A stretch of 8,831 nucleotides of DNA, taken from positions 83,016-91,846 of the forward strand of contig CAJNOE010000390.1 of assembly GCA_905250035.1 (NCBI GenBank). The letters run 5' to 3'. The notes under the pieces are model-generated. The model had not been told where the DNA came from, made no database searches, and worked only from the letters and a program-made list of their open reading frames with translations. This stretch comes from Adineta steineri. Lineage: Eukaryota. Positions 5,777-8,831 of this stretch are shown in pieces. The position numbers and the translations under genes are program-made. Positions within the stretch are counted from its first letter, which is position 1. Each line of letters begins with the position of its first letter.

Positions 5777-8700
5777 TTATGTAAAACTAATCAAAGTCGA
5801 AAACGATAAACAAATTACATACCCAGATGTTTTAGATGATTCTAATTTCCCTGAGCTCTCAATCATAGGTCCACCTTGACGTATAGTTTGCAGTGTCTGA
5901 GGTACAGTAGTCGAATGCCGACGAGTTTCTAATTCCATAGATTTTTCGAGTTCGACCATTCGTATAATGTTTACTCGCACTTTTTGTGTATCATCTGCTC
6001 TTGTCGCTTGAGAGGAAACAGTAGGAAACAATGCTACAGATTTATGTTTCGGCAGACTGGTAGTCGAAGAAATAGATTCAATATCACTCTGAAAATAAAG
6101 ACTATTTAGTATAATTATATCAAACTGGTTAAAATTACACAGATTTAAATAAAACCTCTAAAAGTTTCCATAAATCTTTTGAAATGTAAACCTATCCTGT
6201 ATACTGCTGGCAAAAATAAATAATTTATCTTCAAGCTATACACAGAATACGCATATATAAAAACTCTGTAGTGAATGACGACTATTGTGTATACTTGAGA
6301 TAGTTGAATATCTAGTGTTGGTAAAGAATATTTTTGAAGTATTCTGTTCATGCCATTGTTGAGTTTATTGAATCTACGAAAGAAAAATAATAAGTATCTG
6401 ATGTAATATAAGAAATTAATTTGACACATACTTTTTCTCTAAACTTTTAAAGTCAACATCCTCACTTTGCTTTTCCCCTTCATCGACAAATCCCCGTCGT
6501 ACCCAGTACATTTCGGCGATTTCTTTTTCATAATCCATCTGATATAAGACGTCCGGAAGAACTCGTTCAGATCGTTTTTCTAAGTGGAAAAGTCTTTGTC
6601 AAAAATCTATTATATATCTTTAATATTACCAGCAATCTGACTGACTCGAGATGATACACATCGACGTTTACAGCAGCAACGACGCCAGAGATATATTATG
6701 AATTTAATTGGATAGTAGCAGACGTTCAACGGAGCGGGCAATACTGGTCTTTCGCTGTATTCATAAATTAGTAAGAATCGTTGATGTCTCCAAATGAGAC
6801 GCGATCGCTCAAGTATACGTTGAATAGTCACACTACATAGTACAAAAAAGTATTATTCTAAAAATCTAGCATTTGATCTTTTGATACACTCACTTAAACA
6901 TCGCAATGAGAACATTCACAAGAAGTATACTTGATATGAATACGAAGGCAATTGCAAGTAAGTAAACAAATGTACCATAAACATCATTACCTAACAAAAA
7001 ATTAAAAGTTTGTCATTTACAAAGACAAACGATCAAAAAACAAATATATTCATACCGCTAACAGCACCGTTATATGGTTCGTCAGTTTGTCCGAATACTT
7101 TCAAAATACCCCAATTGGAAACATCTCGCAACAATTGCCACGTCCAGAGATCACTCCCCCTATTCACTACAGTAACATTGAATAACGAACCATCTTCGGC
7201 ATATGTCCAATTAACTTGATTGTTAGTTGTTAGAAGAGACCAGCATGTAACCGAAAATGCGAAGAGAAGAATAAGAATGAAAAATGCGAAGATCAGAACG
7301 GCATCTTTCATCTTTAATAAAAAGTTAGAAATCAGATGGGCACTATTCTTAAATATAATATATACTCACCATTTTATAAATCATGACTAATTTAGGACCC
7401 AAGATTTCATAAGCAGTAAAAAGATGAAGTAATCGAAAAGACCAAAGAATCAGATCGAGTGCCATGAATATCCTACACGAAAAATTGCAACAATGATAAA
7501 AAGTCTTGGTGTAAAGTTAACTAAAGTAAGTAAATCATCTGTTATCAAATAACAACTCTTTGAGATTATCTCAATACTTCGTAACAGTATCCGATGACAT
7601 CTTACTTTGATGTAATGAAGAGTGTTTCGATAACAAAAAAGCGAGTAATAAATCCAACCAAGTAAAAAGTAATGGCTGCTAGATCCTCCCAATTCCAGGT
7701 GCTAATAATATTAGTAGAACCGAATTGTGCACGTATTATCATCTGATAATATATCGAATTATGAAACACAAACCGATTGAAATTGAAAGACAACTAACCT
7801 GGTGAAATGTATCGATAATTGAACTCCAAATGCAAATGTGCAACACAATTTCGGAGATTGGAATTTTTAAGATTTGATAACCGGAGCGCGTTTCTCCGTA
7901 TACATTCAACGGGAAATAGTCAACGAGAAGAACATAACTGAAGAGAATCAGAAATGCAAAGAAGAACGTCTAAATACAAAATAAAATAACAAAGTCTAGC
8001 TATTTGGAAAAGAGTAAGAGTAGAAAAAAACGCACAGCATGGTAGTAGAAGCGCACCACTGGAGCTTCATAAAACCAGACAATTCTTAGCCATACATCAC
8101 GCAACCAGTGAATTGGCATTGTGCACCACTTCTTATAACCAGTGTTCCGGCGTCTATGACCTCGGGTACTCTCAAAATTCCAATCTTCTGTAGATCTACA
8201 AAAAATAGAGTGGAAATCGAGAATAGAGAAAGCCTTTCACTAACGTCCATGTATATGTGACTGGCTGACCAAATCGAATTGATTTTCTAGTTTCCTGTGT
8301 GACAATAGAATGAGAAGAAATTATTGGAAAATCGTGTTTGATTTATATTACTTGGACTTCGGCAGAAGATTTTTTGTAGAGAAAAGGAAAAATCACTGCT
8401 GATATTGGTATGAGAGGCAAACACAAGGATACAATACATATCTAAATAAAGATTATATTTAAAAAATGAATATTCTAACTATCTCATTCAAAAATTTAAC
8501 GAACCCACGTGTAAATAGGCAACTTAAGCAAGGATTGATGAGTGTCAAAATGATGATACCACTTTTGAACGACAAATGCTTGAACAGTATCACTGGCAAG
8601 AAAACCCCTGCAGTCGGTACGTCGCGCTACATCCAACGGCATGCAGTGAAACAATGCTGGAGCTTTGCATTCAAGTACGTTGATAGCAAGACTTTTGTCT

Positions 8701-8831
8701 TGGACGAAACATTCATCAATGAGATTTTTTGAATGTCCATCAAATTGTCTGTTTCAATTAAAAAATTCAATTCAATATACACACAGAATTATAGGTTAAT
8801 TCTGCAAGAATTCGTTCTACTTACTTTCCAA
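5777..8831 (-). CDS. TRPM: TRPM-family (transient receptor potential melastatin) cation channel, 5'-truncated at the window edge. Exons on the minus strand: 8831-8825 (partial), 8748-8505, 8441-8352, 8294-8245, 8195-8036, 7969-7799, 7742-7606, 7472-7370, 7311-7056, 6990-6894, 6832-6630, 6579-6432, 6373-6295, 6088-5777
   Basis: The joined exons give diagnostic TRPM segments. Pre-S1: WFYEAPVVRFYYHA. S1: TFFFAFLILFSYVLLVDYFP. S2: WNWEDLAAITFYLVGFITR. S3-S5 with linker: IFMALDLILWSLRLLHLFTAYEILGPKLVMIYKMMKDAVLIFAF. Pore: LLRDVSNWGILKVFGQTDE. S6: YGTFVYLLAIAFVFISSILLVNVLIAMF. TRP-box region: NVTIQRILERSRLIWRHQRFLLIYEYSERPVLPAPL. C-terminal segment: LDIQLSQ. Exon phases agree at each listed junction; I counted residues against exon lengths for most of them. 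The junction into the last exon is less certain. Confidence 0.93.
7056..7311 (-). other. TRPM: TRPM pore exon: S5, glycosylatable turret (NWT, NVT), pore helix and FGQ filter
   Basis: MKDAVLIFAFFILILLFAFSVTCWSLLTTNNQVNWTYAEDGSLFNVTVVNRGSDLWTWQLLRDVSNWGILKVFGQTDEPYNGAVS (85 codons plus 1 nt), flanked by ttattaaag| and |gtatgaat. Confidence 0.9.

Noticed and set aside
6840-6860. Apparent frameshift/pseudogene signal in TRPM: minus strand AATAATACTTTTTTG spells NNTF, as in the FNNTFF of some TRPMs, followed by stops
   Set aside because: Using the acceptor ctatgtag| at 6833 with the donor TTTAA|gtgagtg at 6893 gives a 61-nt intron. It reads LIAMF-NVTIQRILERSRLIWRHQRF with the Trp at exactly the TRPM spacing. 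The gene needs no frameshift here; NNTF lies in the intron and out of phase with the donor.
7010-7219. Plus-strand 69-aa ORF
   Set aside because: Antisense of the TRPM pore exon.
7450-7692. Minus-strand 80-aa ORF as a separate exon (DDLLTLVNFTPRLFIIVAIFRV)
   Set aside because: Its phase does not match the upstream donor ACATCAAA|gtaag (phase 2). Direct splicing to 7472 gives FITSK-IFMALDLILW, matching TRPM S2-S3 spacing. It is likely intron sequence.
8466-8732. Plus-strand 88-aa ORF (MNILTISFKNLTNPRVNR...)
   Set aside because: Antisense of TRPM exon 8748-8505, which encodes a pre-S1 TRPM-like sequence (QFDGHSKNLIDECF...).
1-8831. CRISPR arrays, prokaryotic defence systems, telomeric repeats, rRNA
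   Set aside because: There are no spaced direct repeats, prokaryotic operon structure, telomeric arrays or recognisable rRNA segments. The window is eukaryotic and intron-rich.

Overview
This is an AT-rich, intron-dense eukaryotic window. Introns are mostly about 55-75 nt, which suggests a small-genome metazoan; a bdelloid-rotifer-like origin is inference. I support three protein-coding genes. (1) A + strand multi-exon gene, about 367-3832, encodes a secreted/type I membrane protein. It has an N-terminal ectodomain (HFYGGSVTWKP, CRWA, ECGDVC and VEDYYDSSTPTPFSSVPVQF motifs), a long Thr/Ser stalk, one TM helix and a basic cytoplasmic tail of about 256 aa. (2) A + strand intronless gene, 4516-4944, encodes a 142-aa putative SnoaL/NTF2-like protein. 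(3) A - strand gene, 8831 down to 5777 and truncated at its 5' end by the window edge, is a TRPM-family cation channel. It was rebuilt exon by exon with phase-consistent GT-AG junctions, except for one uncertain C-terminal intron. The most interesting structure is the stalk of gene 1. It is built from consecutive exons of 18, 54, 213, 21, 24 and 138 nt, every one a multiple of 3 and flanked by phase-2 introns, and one of them contains a four-copy 51-bp minisatellite. A near-perfect 53-bp-arm inverted repeat lies just upstream of the same gene. I found no CRISPR array, rRNA, tRNA, transposase or reverse transcriptase.
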